Positions 1 through 14,139 of a DNA stretch of 64,000 nucleotides are shown here, piece after piece; positions within the stretch are counted from its first letter, which is position 1; each line of letters starts with the position of its first letter. The stretch is from the human T2T-CHM13v2.0 reference genome, Homo sapiens: the NCBI RefSeq assembly GCF_009914755.1, contig NC_060930.1; one strand, written 5' to 3'. The position numbers were made by a program, and so were the translations under genes. Under the pieces are notes generated by a model, which was not told the origin of the DNA, made no database searches, and worked only from the letters and a program-made list of their open reading frames with translations.

Positions 1-539
1 CTCCTGGACAGAGCTTGATTTTAGGGCAAGACTATTCAGATCATTTAAACCCAAAATTGGATCTCTCAGGCAAATTATTGATTCACCTATATAAATTAAA
101 CTAAGTCAGCTATTATTCGAGTCTCGCTTCCATAATGAATTGTACACAACTTCAGTGGACTCCACCCTTCAGAGCCCTCCTTGAGTCTGTTCTGGTTACA
201 TTTATTTAACGGTGACAAAGTTTCCTTTCCACTTTGTGCAGCATAGCTCTCTTCTCTCCACTTCACAGAAGTCACGTTCTCTGTCCCTCGGCACACGCTT
301 GTATCTTAATCTTTATTTTTCCAACTCAGTTGTGGAATTCCACCAGGAAAACCCTTTCTTGCTCAAGAAGAACTGCGGGTACAATTTCAGCTCACCTTGG
401 GTCTGTGTTGCCCCAGGGAGCCCAGGCTGAGGGTGAACAAGCTGCAGCTGCCACTTGAACAGCGCTTTCTCAGGTCTTGAGCCGCTTTGCGTCATCTCTG
501 TTGCTTCAGTGCCTCCAGAAGCCCCTTGGTGCTCCCCCC

Positions 540-727
540 AAGGGTAGCGCTCACCACGCTACATTGTAAATGCCCATTTAACCATTGTCTCACCCCCCAG
601 ACCACACCCTCTGTGAGGGCAACACCTTGTCTTGTTCACTGCAGTGTCCACGGCACTTAAATGCAGCACTCAGAATGAAGGAGTGAACAAATGAGCCAAT
701 GGGTGAGTGGCTGAATGAATGCAGTGA
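540..727 (+). mobile_element. L2 LINE 3' end fragment
   Basis: Degenerate L2 terminus (gagggcaacaccttgtcttgttcactgcagtgtcc...) ending in tgaatgaat-type repeats. Confidence 0.6.
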
Positions 728-926
728 ACTAATTCTTTTTCACTGAGCAAAGGAAGGCGGAGAACTTGGAGTGAGAAACAGGAGGGCAGAGTAAACAGGA
801 GAGATAGAGAAAGAAAGTGACAGAGACTTGCCACCTCTGGGAAACCAACACTAGTGGCCCAACATGACCAGAATCCCCCTGGTCAGCTTCTAAGGAACGC
901 TCTATGGGTGTTTTATGTAAACATTT

Positions 927-1211
927 CACATGGCTCACGCCTGTAATCCCAGCACTTTGGGAGACCAAGGCGAGAGGATCACCTGAGGTCAAGAGTTCGA
1001 GACCAGCCTGGCCAACGTGGTGAAACCTCATCTCTACTAAAAAATACAAAAATAATTAGCTGAGTGTGGTGGTGTGCCCCTGTAGTCCCAGCTACTCTGG
1101 GAGGCTGAGGCAGGAGAATCACTTAACCCAGTAGGCGGAGGTTGCAGTGAGCCGAGATCGCGCCATTGCACTCCAGCCTGGGCGACAGAGGGCGACTCCG
1201 TCTCAAAAAAA
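927..1211 (+). mobile_element. AluS (Sx/Sz-like), slightly 5'-truncated
   Basis: Dimeric Alu with short A tail; aaacattt duplicated at 919-926 and 1209-1216. Confidence 0.95.
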
Positions 1212-2384
1212 CATTTAAAAAATCTAAAAAATAATAATAAGTGAAGAGGGAAAATCATTCAATATAAGAATCCCCCTCTAAAGGAGCCAAGCAGGTAGGT
1301 CTAATAATTCAGACTGTTCCTCTGCTCCATGGTGTGTGGAATGATTTACTGCATCCATAAAGGAAATTGCAGGACTTAGAGCTGAGAGACACTCCGGAGG
1401 CCCTGAAACTGGTATGGCGCAGACACAGAGCTGTGTCTGAAGATGTGGCTCCCGGGACTGGAGGGTCTGCAGCTGCCCTGAGCCCACAGGTGACGGTGTT
1501 CAAAAGAGGAGCGGCATCAGCAGTGGCTCTGTCCCACGGCTGATTAACGCAACGGAATGTACAGTCAGCAAGGGGGTGCTGCCTGTCAGGCTGTGGACTT
1601 ACTGTCTGTCCCAGACTGGCTTTGTTCAAGTTTAAGGGCATTGTAATATTTAATATGGCCTGTAGCAATTTCATACCATTTGTAAAAATCATGAGACTAT
1701 TTAATATAGAAAAAATATGTTCAAGCTTCCACCTAGAAAAATAACTGTGTATAGAACAGAATAAAAATGAGTTCAGAAGAATATTAGCTGATTAACACAT
1801 TCTATTGAGTTAAGAAACTAGAACCCAGATATACGGGCACAACCAGGAAGGAAAGTGGGAATCTTAAAGGAAGAAGAAACTTCAGATTAGAGAAGAGATG
1901 ACCTTTGACTAAGAAGTCCCTAGTAGTCGTACTTAAAGCTTATCACCAAACTCGAACCAATTGTACAGTGTCAGTTAGTAAATCCTAAATCGAATGATCA
2001 GCATGTTACCTAGGACACGGCTGCGGCCCTGCGTTCCAGTCGCTATGCTATTCTTTCGCTGTGATGAGTTACTCTGTGTAAAGCAGGGGTCCCAGACTTT
2101 TGATTTATGAACCAAGAAAAAAAAATTAATAGAAACATGGAACCAAAATAGGACTGTCAGCTTCCTTTCCCCATTGGTCAAGTAAAAATATGAAGCAAAA
2201 AAAGGAAGAGGAGAGAAGGGAATTACTATCTACCGTCACCATGATTTGGGGCAAAGAATAGACATTTTCACATTAAAAAACTAAGACCATAATCTCCAAA
2301 TTTAAAAAGATGTGATTTTGTATTTAAGAAAACAGTCATTCATTGTTCTTTTCTCACAGGCAGGCTTTGGGGAACCAGGGGATG

Positions 2385-2576
2385 GAAGAGTGGAGAAGAA
2401 TATGGGCTTTGTAGTAACACAGTTCAAATATCAATCCTGCCACCTATTAACGAGGGCAGGTAACTTCAGGTTCCTGAGACCTAGGATCTGTCTTCTGTGA
2501 AAGAGGCATATGTACTTCACAGGTAATTGTGAGAAGGAACTGAGACAGATACATTAAGGCATAATAAATGCTAGCA
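2385..2576 (+). mobile_element. MIR SINE
   Basis: Degenerate MIR core (gttcaaatatcaatcctgccacc...ctgtgaaagagg...ttgtgagaagg...aataaatgctagc). Confidence 0.6.
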
Positions 2577-3317
2577 CTTTCTTCTGGTGAGGATTTTTGG
2601 CCGTCAAGACTAGATGTGTGGTGTTTGGAGACATGGGGAGAGAGAAGGCCTCACTCTCAGTACCCTGCTCCCCAGTGTGAAGGCTCACCTCTTTTGAATC
2701 ACAAACTCTGCTCAGGCCTGGGTTTTGTGGAGTCTTGTCCTCTTCCTCCCTGTTAGAGAGTCTAATTTAAACCTGATCTCACCTGGCTAAAGAAGATACC
2801 TGAAGAGGAGAGTTAAGGGGGAGAGGGGCCCTCTGCATCCTCCCATCCTCAGTTCTCCTTGGCCTGGCCAGGAACTGCTAGGACACCCATCATTTTGATT
2901 TAGAATAAAACTGATTTGCCTGTCGGCTATCAAGACAGATGGAGTAAGGTTTGCCAAAAAACAGAGAATTTGGCCGTGGCTATTTCTTATATAGACCTTT
3001 CCAGCTGCAAGATTGATATCAGAGTGTAACATGCGGCTGCAAATGTAAAGAGAGTTAGGTTTGATCACAGCCCTCCCTGTTTCCCTCCTGCAGGCAAATG
3101 ACAGGCAGGTTTTTAAGGAAAAAGCTAAGGCTCTGGGTTTGAGAGTCGGACATTAAGTTAGGGACAAAATGATTTAACCTCCTCCTTGGGATATGCTGAG
3201 ATACTATTCCAAATATTAATTTGCTCAGAATTCAAATTGAACTCTGCAGCTACCTCATCTGAGAGGAAAATAGAGCTCTGAGAACAAAGGCTTTTCCCAG
3301 CATCTCCTTAGGAAAAC

Positions 3318-3515
3318 CCCCTGGACTGTCTGTCAGGAGACCCGGGCTCGAAACCATGGCTTTATTGTTCATCTTTTATGCCTCAGTTTCCCAATAGGAA
3401 TATATGACTAATACTAGTGTTTTCTTTTGACAAGACTATGGTAAAGAAAGACCAAAGAAAACTATACATTTGAGAAAGTTCATAGCACTAATACAATAAG
3501 CTGTAATTTTGATTA
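3318..3515 (+). mobile_element. MIR-family SINE fragment
   Basis: ctggactgtctgtcaggagacccggg...gcctcagtttccc core motifs. Confidence 0.45.
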
Positions 3516-3595
3516 TGGTCATGTTTATGGAATTTTCAGCTTCATTCTTTCTTTTAAGGCTTAAAGTTTAAAATAAAAACACTTTAAATAAAATT

Positions 3596-3740
3596 TCAGG
3601 TGCAACGGCTCACATCAGTGGTCCCAGCTACTTGGGAGGCTGAGGTGGGAGGAGAGCTTGAGCCCAGGAGTTCAGGACCACCCTGAGCAACATAGAGAGA
3701 CCCCATCTCAAAAAAAATAGTAAAATAAAATAAAATAAAT
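3596..3740 (+). mobile_element. FLAM (free left Alu monomer)
   Basis: Single monomer ...gagcccaggagttcaggaccaccctgagcaacatagagagaccccatctc followed by A/(TAAAA)n tail. Confidence 0.85.
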
Positions 3741-4022
3741 ATTGTTCAGGCCTTCAAGACCTCACTGAGAACTTAGCTTTCAGCCATGGCTTACTCAGAA
3801 GCCATCAAGGGGCTCTGGCCCCTTGGAGAGCCAGGCCACATGGGCTTCTGCCCCACCACGAATTCCAGTTCCGTAGCCTGAGGAACCTCAAGATGCATCT
3901 TAGGGTTCTTGTGTTTTCTAGAGAGCTTTATCTTTTTGTGGCCTCTACGCCCTTTGGTTCCTGCTTCTTTGGATTCAAGGTTTGGGGGAGGGCAAGTAGG
4001 GAATAGAGAATAAACAAAGACA

Positions 4023-4314
4023 GGCAATGCATGGTCGCTCACGCCTGTAATCTCAGCACATTGGGAGGCCAAGGCAGGCAGATCACTTGAGGTCAGGAGT
4101 TCAAGATCAGCCTGGCCAACATGGCAAAACCCCATCTCTACTAAATATACAAAAGTTAGCCAGGTGTGGTAGCGGGTGCCTGTAATCCCAGCTACTCGGG
4201 AGGCTGAGGCAGGGAGAATTGCTTGAACCTGCGAGGCGGAGGTTGCAGTGAGCCGAGATCACGCCACTGCACTCTAGCCTGGGCAACAGAGGAAGACTGT
4301 CTCAAAAAAAAGAT
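4023..4314 (+). mobile_element. AluS (Sz/Sx-like)
   Basis: Full dimer; TSD aataaacaaagaca at 4009-4022 and 4315-4328. Confidence 0.95.
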
Positions 4315-4660
4315 AATAAACAAAGACAGGCTTTACAGCACATAAAACAAGCCTTCACTTGGATGGTTGGCCCCTCACCTGCCTGGCCCTTTTTCTCTTT
4401 CCTTTCTTCTCACCCTCTTCATTCATCTGCCCTCTTCTTCAGGTGTGAAACCCTCCAGTTCCCCAATGTATACTGAAGAGCATGTTTCCTTTCCTGATAT
4501 CTTGCTGCTGGCTGGCATCCAAAGGTGTTGCCCATCCAAGCAGGTTTTTAAAGGAATTTTTTCAGACAAAGGAAGATCCTTCCTCAGGAGGAGTTTAGAT
4601 GCCAGCTGTTAAGAGCCGTTGGGTAAAACAGTGCTGTCACCAACTGCTATGTGAATAAAC

Positions 4661-5125
<465 letters not shown>

Positions 5126-7230
5126 ACCTGTCAAAGGACCAGCAGCATGTCCACCTTCCACCAGCATAGTGCCTGTGGATAGCAAAGGTTCAATAAATAC
5201 TTGTTAAATAAACGAACAGGCAAACTACTGATGCCATGTGAAGAGGAAGAGGAAACAATATAAAACACAATTTCTGCTCCTGGGACTTGAAATAAGCCCA
5301 GTGAGAAAGCAATGCACAGATTTGAAGTCTTTACAGCAACAAGTCAACTTACAGATACTGAGCCTGTGTTTCTAATGATGCAGAGGAGGATACCGAGACA
5401 GTACAACTGTAATGGTGCTCAGGAGCAGAGCTGCCCTGGACACGGCTGTCAGCCCCCCAATCCCCCATCCTGTGCCCCGGGAATTCTCAGTTCCACACTC
5501 CCTCTTGAATGGTTCATGTCAGAGGATAATGAACTGCTGAATTTTATGGTTCAGACCCGAATCTGCAAGGCTCACAGGGAGAATGCAGTGTGGGCTGCAG
5601 GAGTTGTGGAACTCATGCTGAGGTTTTTTTTTGTTTGTTTTTTTTTTTCAGAACAAGAAAGATCTGGATGAGCAGAGATTTATGGAATTTACTTTTCCAG
5701 TTTTGGTAGCATTCCAAAGCCTGGGGAGGAAACGTGCAGCAAGCTTTTCTTCATTGGGACTAGATTGTATTTGCCCAAAGAAGGAAGACAGATCCAATAA
5801 ACCAGGCCAAGATACCTGCAGATACCCCAGGCCTAGCGTGAAACTGTGGCTGGGCTCTTGTGCTACTGCCCCTCTGCAGTAGCTCTGAAATGTGCCAGGT
5901 CTCCTCCAACCTTGATAGGAGGTTAGCCTTTCCCATCACCTTGATGCTGCTCCTGGCTTTCTCATTTCTCTCTTCTTGGGCATGACTGCCTCTCTTCCTT
6001 TGTCCATGCATTCATGGTATATTGATCATCAGCAGTAGTAAAGTCTGCCTGTGTCTTTGAGAGGTTCCTCCAGCCACAGGTCCACAGCACTGCTGGCAAA
6101 AGGCCCTCCAAGTGGTCATGACCTTGGAGTACTTGGAGTTTGGATGGAGGAGAGTGGGAGGTATGAAAAAGCCAAGTGAAACCTTGATGATTTCCCTTAA
6201 AGAAAGTAGGCTGGTGCCCAGGGGAGGGCCAAAGAAAGGAATGCTGAATTCGCTAATTCTGAAAAGAATGACTAAGCTCTAACCTACAGCACATTGCAGC
6301 CTGCAAGTGACATTTCCCGTAAAACCTCCAGCAGCTAAACCTGACACACTACGCAAATAATTTAATTAAATAAGAAAGGAAAAAAGGAAGAAAATGCCTA
6401 TAGAGCTTTTCAAGAACTTGAAGTGTGACACACCCATGCAGGAGTTAAAAGTTGTCTTTCAACAGCATTATAGCTTGGTAAGCAATGGAGAACCCAACTA
6501 ATCATTAATAAGTGGTTTTGTTAGAATTTTTGTTAAACTAAAGATAAATACAGTATGTTTAGCTACTGGGGTAATAACCTAAACTAGTCTGTGAAAGAAA
6601 AGGTTAACTGAAATTGGGATGCCTGCAAATCATCTAGAATTTTAGTGGATCTTATTTGTTAAAAACATCATCACAGATTTATGTGTAGAGGGAAGTGGTA
6701 AGTGAAACAGAAAATCAGTAATTAGATAGCAGAGCTTCCAGAGGTTAAAAAATACTTTCCAAGTTATATACAGAACAATCCTCTGCAATTATGCTGATTA
6801 CATGGCAAGTAAATACCTGTGTATTCTGACTTCGGCAACTACAGTATTACTGTCTACTGGGTGAGGAAAGCACACTTCTGAAGGTCACTGAGCATTTGAT
6901 GACTAGAAATCTAGATGTCCTTGATAGTTAAACAGCAACATACTAAAGATGAAAAACACTATTTCTTTCATCTAATTTTTTTCAGGTCAGCTCACTCAAC
7001 CTTTTCATGTAATTTTTGAGCATTCTTGGAAGGAGATCAAGATTCCAGTAATGTAACTGCCATGGGGCCAGTGTGCAGACTCAGGGCTCTGATTCAAGGA
7101 ATCTGAAACAAACCCTCGTACTACCCAGAACTCAGGAAGTCTAATTCTTAGCCTGAAAAATGACCTGAAGTTACATATTTCTCCCCTTTGAGTAACAGCT
7201 AAATCCACTCACTCAATGGACAAGCATTTC

Positions 7231-7255
7231 GTGTGTGTGTGTGTGTGTGTGTGTG
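7231..7255. repeat. (GT)12 microsatellite
   Basis: Direct read. Confidence 0.97.
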
Positions 7256-8540
7256 AAGTATATAATTTTTATAATTTTAAATAACATTTTAGATAGATAG
7301 ACATCCTCAAGCAAGAGCGTAAGTGTTTTGTTGGGCTTCATCTATCATACTAGTTGCTAAGAGATTTTAAAGGAAGCTGAACGTTAACTCTACTGATACC
7401 AGGTTAGATACATCTTCATAAGCTGAGGAATAATTGGGATCACAGGAATCAAACAAATCCATACATTGAAAATCACAGTCACTATATAAAGAAAAGGAAG
7501 CTGCATAGGAAAGCTTCTGGCACTGAGGTTGAGATCACACTGCAACAGAAATTATTTGAATTCTAAGCCAACATAAGAAAAAAAGAATTTATTCTAAAAT
7601 TTATTGAACAAGTTTGGAGCAAGCATCAATGACCATATGCTTGGAAATGCTGCGTGGGATGATAAAGGTTTATTATTGTTCCCAGACAGGTCCAGTGTAG
7701 TTAAAAATGGTGGATGCCAGCTGTCTATTGATGTGTATACTTTGTATAGAAAACATTCAAGGTCAGAGTGGCTGGTGCCCTGAGTAGAGATAGTGCTTTC
7801 CAGTGTTAAGGAGGCTTAAAGCACGATGGGATAGATCTGTGTGGTTTTCCCTTCATGCATAAAGCAGAAAGAAGTGTGTTCCTGTCCTATCTCCCCACAC
7901 ATCTCCCCCACCACTACCCCTGCACACACATTCTTTCCCAGCAGCCTGCACCTTCAGAAAGGGGAAATTCTCATCACACATTCAACTCTTAAAGAAGCAT
8001 AAGGAAATGACCAGTCTTAAGGACCCTCCAGGGACACTGTTTCTCCTGTCCTTCCCTTTACTGCTGTGTCTATTCTCTTCAGCCAAAGGGTGTCATGGAA
8101 AAAAAGAGAAGGGGCACCCAAGCCAGACTCTCAGTCATTAAAGAAGCACCAATCATTGAGATTGTAAGAACTAAGCCAATACAATGACCATTCAAGTAAG
8201 ATCTTAGGATTTCTGGTGACTGTATACTCAGCTATGTGCTGTTTAACTGAGAATCTCAATGATCCAGGTGTCTTTGTCCATGTTCAAAGTGAAGAGCCTG
8301 GAGGTTACAGATAATGAATCCCCATTGATCCAAAGTTATTGTGGATAAAATCATTCTAGCTAATTGTCTATTCATTCTAATAGCTATTTACTCAGTTCTA
8401 TTAATATTGCCCTCAGAGTTTGCATTCATGTCTGGCTCCCCCAGCTACCCTGTGAACTTCTGCAGGGCTTATTCCTTCATTCACCTACCAGTGGCTACTC
8501 AGAACTTCACATTTGGAGACATTCCAAAAATGTGTATTAC

Positions 8541-9250
8541 CTCCCACAGCTTCTTGCCCTTAAGGCCCTGCTCCTTCTGGTAAGCCCAAGGTGCCATTTT
8601 GAGAATTTAACACTGTGCTATGACCCACCCTTGGTTTGAATTCAGGCTGACATGGTGGCAGCTGCTGCCCAGCCAAGGAGAGACAGGGAAACCAGGCTAT
8701 TTTATGCACATCCAGGAGAATACTCACTGCCCTGCAGTGGGCTGCTATGAAACTGAGATGTGAGTAGATTACACTCCCCACAGCTTCTGGCCTATGCTGC
8801 TTGCCTGGGATGGATACCATCCTCCCTGGTCCCAAGCCCAAGACACTATTTTAAGACATTAATGCTGGGCTTGAGACTTTTGGGCTGAGCTTGGGCTAAC
8901 ATGGCTGCAGCCACCACCTGGCCAAGGAGGGACAGGAAAACCAGGTTCCCCTATGCATACCTAAAACAATATCCACCACTCTGCTATGGGCTGCTATGAA
9001 ACTCAGACTTGAATGGGCTGCACTCCCCATAGCTTCTTGCACACACTGCTTGCCTTAGTGGGCCCTCATATTCTCTTGTCGCAAGCCCACAGCTAGCATG
9101 ATTTTTAGAGTTTAACCCTGGGCTGTGCCCCACCCTCAGACCAAGTAGAGGTGATGAGGCTGCAGCTGCCACCCAGCCAGGGAAGGGACAGGGGAGACCA
9201 AGCTCCCTTAAGCACACTTAGGACAATACCCACTACCCTTCTACAGGCAT
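8541..9250 (+). repeat. Tandem ~250-bp monomer array (about 3 units) in the L1 5'UTR
   Basis: Anchors ctccc(c)a(c/t)agcttct at 8541/8774/9023 and cca(a/g)gga..gacagg at 8673/8922/9177. Confidence 0.85.
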
Positions 9251-11899
9251 CTGTGGGGTGGAGGACTGGCTCACCCAACCTATTGCAGCTTCTAGCAATA
9301 CCTATTTGAACTGCTTGGGTCCCAGTGGGTTGCTCCACCACTGCTACTGCCATCACCCACATGACACCAGCTTCCCAGGGGCCTGAGAACCCACCCACAC
9401 ACCTAGCCCACTACTATTACTACTAGCTTCTAAGCAAGCCACCTGGAGCCCCAAGCATCAGTGCTCCAGAGTCCACTAACACCAGAGCCAGTGCCTAAAA
9501 AGAGGCACATTTATTCCACTGCTGATACTTGGGCCTGAAGACTGGCTCAGTTGGTGTCCAAGTCCCCAGCAAAACTTCACCACAACCTCAACTAATAACT
9601 GTACCCTAAGTCACCAAGGAAATCACAGATACCACTGATACTGTATATTGCCAAGGAAGTCACACAAAGATCACAGTACCACAGGCAACCAAAATCAAAG
9701 TCAAAGTAGTTTACTCAATCAACATACATACATTCCTAAGAAAAAATTCTCCCCCACAAAAGCAATTTCAAAAAAAATGAAACAAGCAACTACTATACTA
9801 GATGAGCAGATATCAACAGAAAGACACAGGAAACATGAAAAACAGGGAAATATGACATCATCGAAGGACAATAAGAATTGCCCAGCAACAGATCCCAATC
9901 AAAACGAATTCCCCAAAATGCCAGATAAAGAATTCAAAATATTGATTTTAAAGAAGCTCAATGAGATGCAAGATAATCTGAAAACCAATACAAAGAAACT
10001 AGAAAGTCAACTCAGGCTATGAATGAGAAACTTACCAAGCAGGCAGATATCTTTTTAAAAGGCAGAAATTCTGGAACTAAAACATTTATTGAAGAAAATG
10101 CAAAATACATTCAAAAGATTCAATAATAGATTACACCAAGTAGAACACAGAATCTCAAAACTTGAGGTCAGGTCTTTTGAAATAATCCAGTGAGACAAAA
10201 ATAAGGAAAAAAGAATTTTAAAATGAACAAAGTCTTCAAGATGACTGGTACTATATAAAACAAGCAAACTTATGAATTATCACTATTCCCAAGGAGGAAG
10301 AGACATCAAAACGTTTAGAAAACCTATTTAAGAAAATAATTGATGAAAACTTCCCAAGTCTATCAAGACATTTAGACATCGAGATCCAGGAAGCCCAATG
10401 ATCTCCAGGTAAATACATTGCACAAAGGACTTCATCATGGCATATTATATTTAGAATGTCTAAAGTCAAAGTGAAAGAAATAATTTTAAAATTAGCAAGA
10501 GAAAAATTGTCTAGTCTCCTATGAAGGAAACACCATCACGCTTTTCAGCAGAAACCTCACAGGCCAGAAGAGAATGAGATTGCATTTTCAAAGTACTGAA
10601 ATGAAAAAAATAAAATAAAATAAATAACTGTCAGTCAAGAATATTATATCCTGCCATAATAAGCTTCATAAATGAAGGAGACATATAGGCTTTCCTAGAC
10701 AAGCAAACGTTGAGGGAATTTGTCACCACTAGACCCACTCTACAGGAAATGTCCAAAGCGATCTTAAATATGGAAACAAAAGGTCAATATTCACCATCAC
10801 AAAACACATGGAACTGTAAAATGCACTGTTCTTATAAAACAATCACACGAAGGAGGAAAAGAAACGAATCAAATGACAACATGATAGAATTTCATCCAAC
10901 CACAAGGACAACAAGACAGAGAAAAAGAGAGAAATGAACTTTTAAAAAACTAGAAAACAATTAGCAATATGACAGGATCAAAGCAATGTTAACCTCACAT
11001 ATCAATGTTAACCTTGAATATAAATAGATTAAATGCTCCACTTAAAAGATACTGATTGGCAGAATGGACAAAAAGTCATGATCCAAGTATATGCTGCCTA
11101 TAAGAAACTCACTTTACTCATAAAGACACATATAAACTAAAAGTAAAGGGGTGGAAAAATATTCCACACAAGAAGAAACCAAAACTGACGAGTAGCTATA
11201 CGGATAACAGATAAAACAGACTTTAAATAAAAAACAATTTAGAAAAAGACGAAGGAGGTCATTATGTAATGATAAAGGGATCCTTCAACAGGAGAATATA
11301 ACAATTCTAAATATATAAGCACTCAACATTGCAGCACTTTAATTCATAAAATAAATGTTACTAGACCTAAAGAAAGAAATAAAGCAATACAAATAAGAGT
11401 GGAGCATTTTAACACCCAACTCACAGCACTAGACAGATTGTCAAGACAGAAAATTAACAAAAACATTGGGGTAAATTGGATTTCAGACCAAATGAACTTA
11501 ACAGACATTTATTAAACATTTCACCCCAAAACTACAGAATACACATTCTTTTCATCAGCACATGAAACATTCTCCAAGACAGACCACATGTTAGGCCACA
11601 AAACAATCCTGAACAAGTTTTTAAAAATCAAAATTCCATGAAGTATCTTTTTGCATCACAGTGCAATAAAGCTAGAAATCAATACCAAAAGGTACTTTAG
11701 AGCTTTCTCATACCAACCCCTGGACATTAAAATTCATGCTCCTGAAAAACTCACTGTGTCAATGAAAAAATTAAAACAGAAATTAAGATATTTTTCGAAA
11801 TGAATGAAAATGAAAATAAAACATTCCAAAACCTGGGAGATACAGCAAAAGCAGTGCTAAGAGTTAAATTTATAATATTAAATGCCTACATCGAGAAAT

Positions 11900-12123
11900 A
11901 CAATAGTAGGATGACTATGGTCAATAATAATTTAATTGTACATTTTAAAATAACTAAAAGAGCATAACTGGATTGTTTGTAACACAAAGGATAAATACTT
12001 GAAGGGATAGATATCCCCATTTTACATAATATTATTATGCATTATGTGCCTGTATCAAAACATCTCATGTAACCCATAAATATATACACCTACTATGTAC
12101 CCACAAATATTAAAATTAAAAAA
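11900..12123 (+). mobile_element. L1MA2/L1MA3-type 3' end inserted in host L1 ORF2
   Basis: aataataatttaattgtacattttaaaataactaaaagag...tatatacacctactatgtacccaca; host ORF2 breaks at aatgcctacatc and resumes at aaaaaagtagaaa. Confidence 0.85.
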
Positions 12124-13240
12124 TACTTTGGAAAAAAAAGTAGAAATAACAAATAACAACCCAATGTTGCACCTCAAGGAAATAGAAAAGCAAGAACAAA
12201 ACGAAGCCAAAGTTAGCGGAAGAAAAGACATAACAAAGATCAGAGCAGAACTAAATGAAATAGAGAACAAAATAATATAAAGGATCAATGAAATGAAAAG
12301 TAAGTTCTTCAAAAAGATAAACAAAATTGATAACCCACTAGCTAGAATAACCAAGAAAAAGGAGAGAAGATCCAAATAAACACAATCAGAAGTGAAAAAG
12401 GAGACATTACAATTGATACCACAGAAATACAAAAAGAAAAAGAAATAATAGCTTCAGCAGAGACTATTATTATTACTGTATGAACAACTATATGCTCACA
12501 AACTAAGAAAATCTAGAGGAAATGGACACATTCCTGGAAACACACCAACCTCCTGAGATTGAACCAGGAAGAAATAGGACTCCTGGATGGAGCAATAATA
12601 AGTAGTGAAATTGAAGCAGTAATGTAAAAAATCTTCCAACAAAAAAAGCCCAGGACCAGATGGATTCACAGCCAAATTGTACCAAATATACAAAGAACTA
12701 ATACCAATCCTCCTGAAATTATTAAAAAAAAAATTAAGGAGTAAGGTATTCTCCCTAACTCATTCTACAAGCCAGTATCAACCTGATACCAAAACCAGAC
12801 AATGGCACATCACAAAAATAAAACTATAGATCAATATCCCTGATGAACATAAATGAAAAAATCTTCAACAAAATACTAGCAAATCAAATCCTACAGTGCA
12901 TCCAAAAGTTAATACACTATAATCAGTTGGGTTGTATCCCAGGGATGTAAGGATGTTTCAACATATGAAAATCAATAAATGTTATACATCAAATAAACAG
13001 AATTAAGGGCAAAAACCATATAATTATCTCAATAGATGCAGAAAAAGCATTCAATAGAATTCAGCATGCCTTAGTGATAAAAATCTTCAAGAAAGATGAA
13101 AAGAACCTAGGCCTGGAAAGAATTTACTCCAACATAATAAAGGCCACATACAACAAACCCACAGCCAACATCATATTTAATGGGGAAAAGTTGAAAGTAT
13201 CCCCTACAAGAACTGGAACAAGACAAGGATGTCCACTTTC

Positions 13241-13707
13241 TTTTTTATTTATTTATTTATTTACTTTTTTATTATATTTTAAGTTCTAGGGTACATGTGC
13301 ACATTGTGCAGGTTAGTTACATATGTATACATGTGCCATGCTGGTGCGCTGCACCCACTAACTCGTCATCTAGCATTAGGTATATCTCCCAATATTATCC
13401 CTCCCCACTCCCCCCACCCCACAACAGTCCCCAGAGTGTGATATTCCCCTTCCTGTGTCCATGTGATCTCATTGTTCAATTCCCACCTATGAGTGAGAAT
13501 ATGCAGTGTTTGGTTTTTTGTTCTTGCGATAGTTTACTGACAAGTATGATTTCCAATTTCATCCATGTCCCTACAAAGGACATGAACTCATCATTTTTTA
13601 TGACTGCATAGTATTTCATGGTGTATATGTGCCACATTTTCTTAATCCAGTCTATCATTGTTGGACATTTGGGTTGGTTCCAAGTCTTTGCTATTGTGAA
13701 TAATGCC
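13241..13707 (-). mobile_element. L1PA2-like 5'-truncated L1
   Basis: Young L1 3'UTR with GAG diagnostic (actaactcgtcatc), T-rich tail, perfect 14-bp TSD ggatgtccactttc at 13227-13240 and 13708-13721. Confidence 0.93.
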
Positions 13708-14139
13708 GGATGTCCACTTTCATAATTCTTATTCAACATAGCAGTGGAAGTCCTCACCAGTGCAATCAGGCAAAAGAAAAAAAAATAAAAGGCATCAAAA
13801 TCAGAAAAGAAGAAGTCAAATTATCCCTTTTTGCTGATGATTAATCTTATCTCTAGAAAACCCTAAAGACACTACCCAAAAAATTCTTAGACTTGATAAA
13901 TGAATTTAGCGAAGTTTTAGGATACAAAATTAACATACAGGAATCAGACACATTTCTATACAACAATCATGACCTAGGCAAGGACCAAATCAAGAAAGCA
14001 ATCCCATTTACAATAGCTATAAGAAAAATAAAATACCTAGGAATACATTTAACCAAGGAGAATAATGGTCTCTATAAGGAGAATGACAAAACACTGATGA
14101 AAGAAATCATAGATGACACAAACAAATGGAAAAACATCC

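Noticed and set aside
1603-1659. Minus-strand 57-nt exon (donor ACA|GTAAGT)
   Set aside because: The acceptor lacks a polypyrimidine tract and the peptide is unrecognised
5627-5801. Terminal exon (T-rich acceptor at 5651, AATAAA at ~5796)
   Set aside because: T-runs followed by AG and isolated AATAAA hexamers are common by chance; no other support
8541-9250. CRISPR-like or novel repeat-spacer array
   Set aside because: Units are homologous along their whole length, with no unique spacers, and lead into L1 ORF1 in eukaryotic DNA
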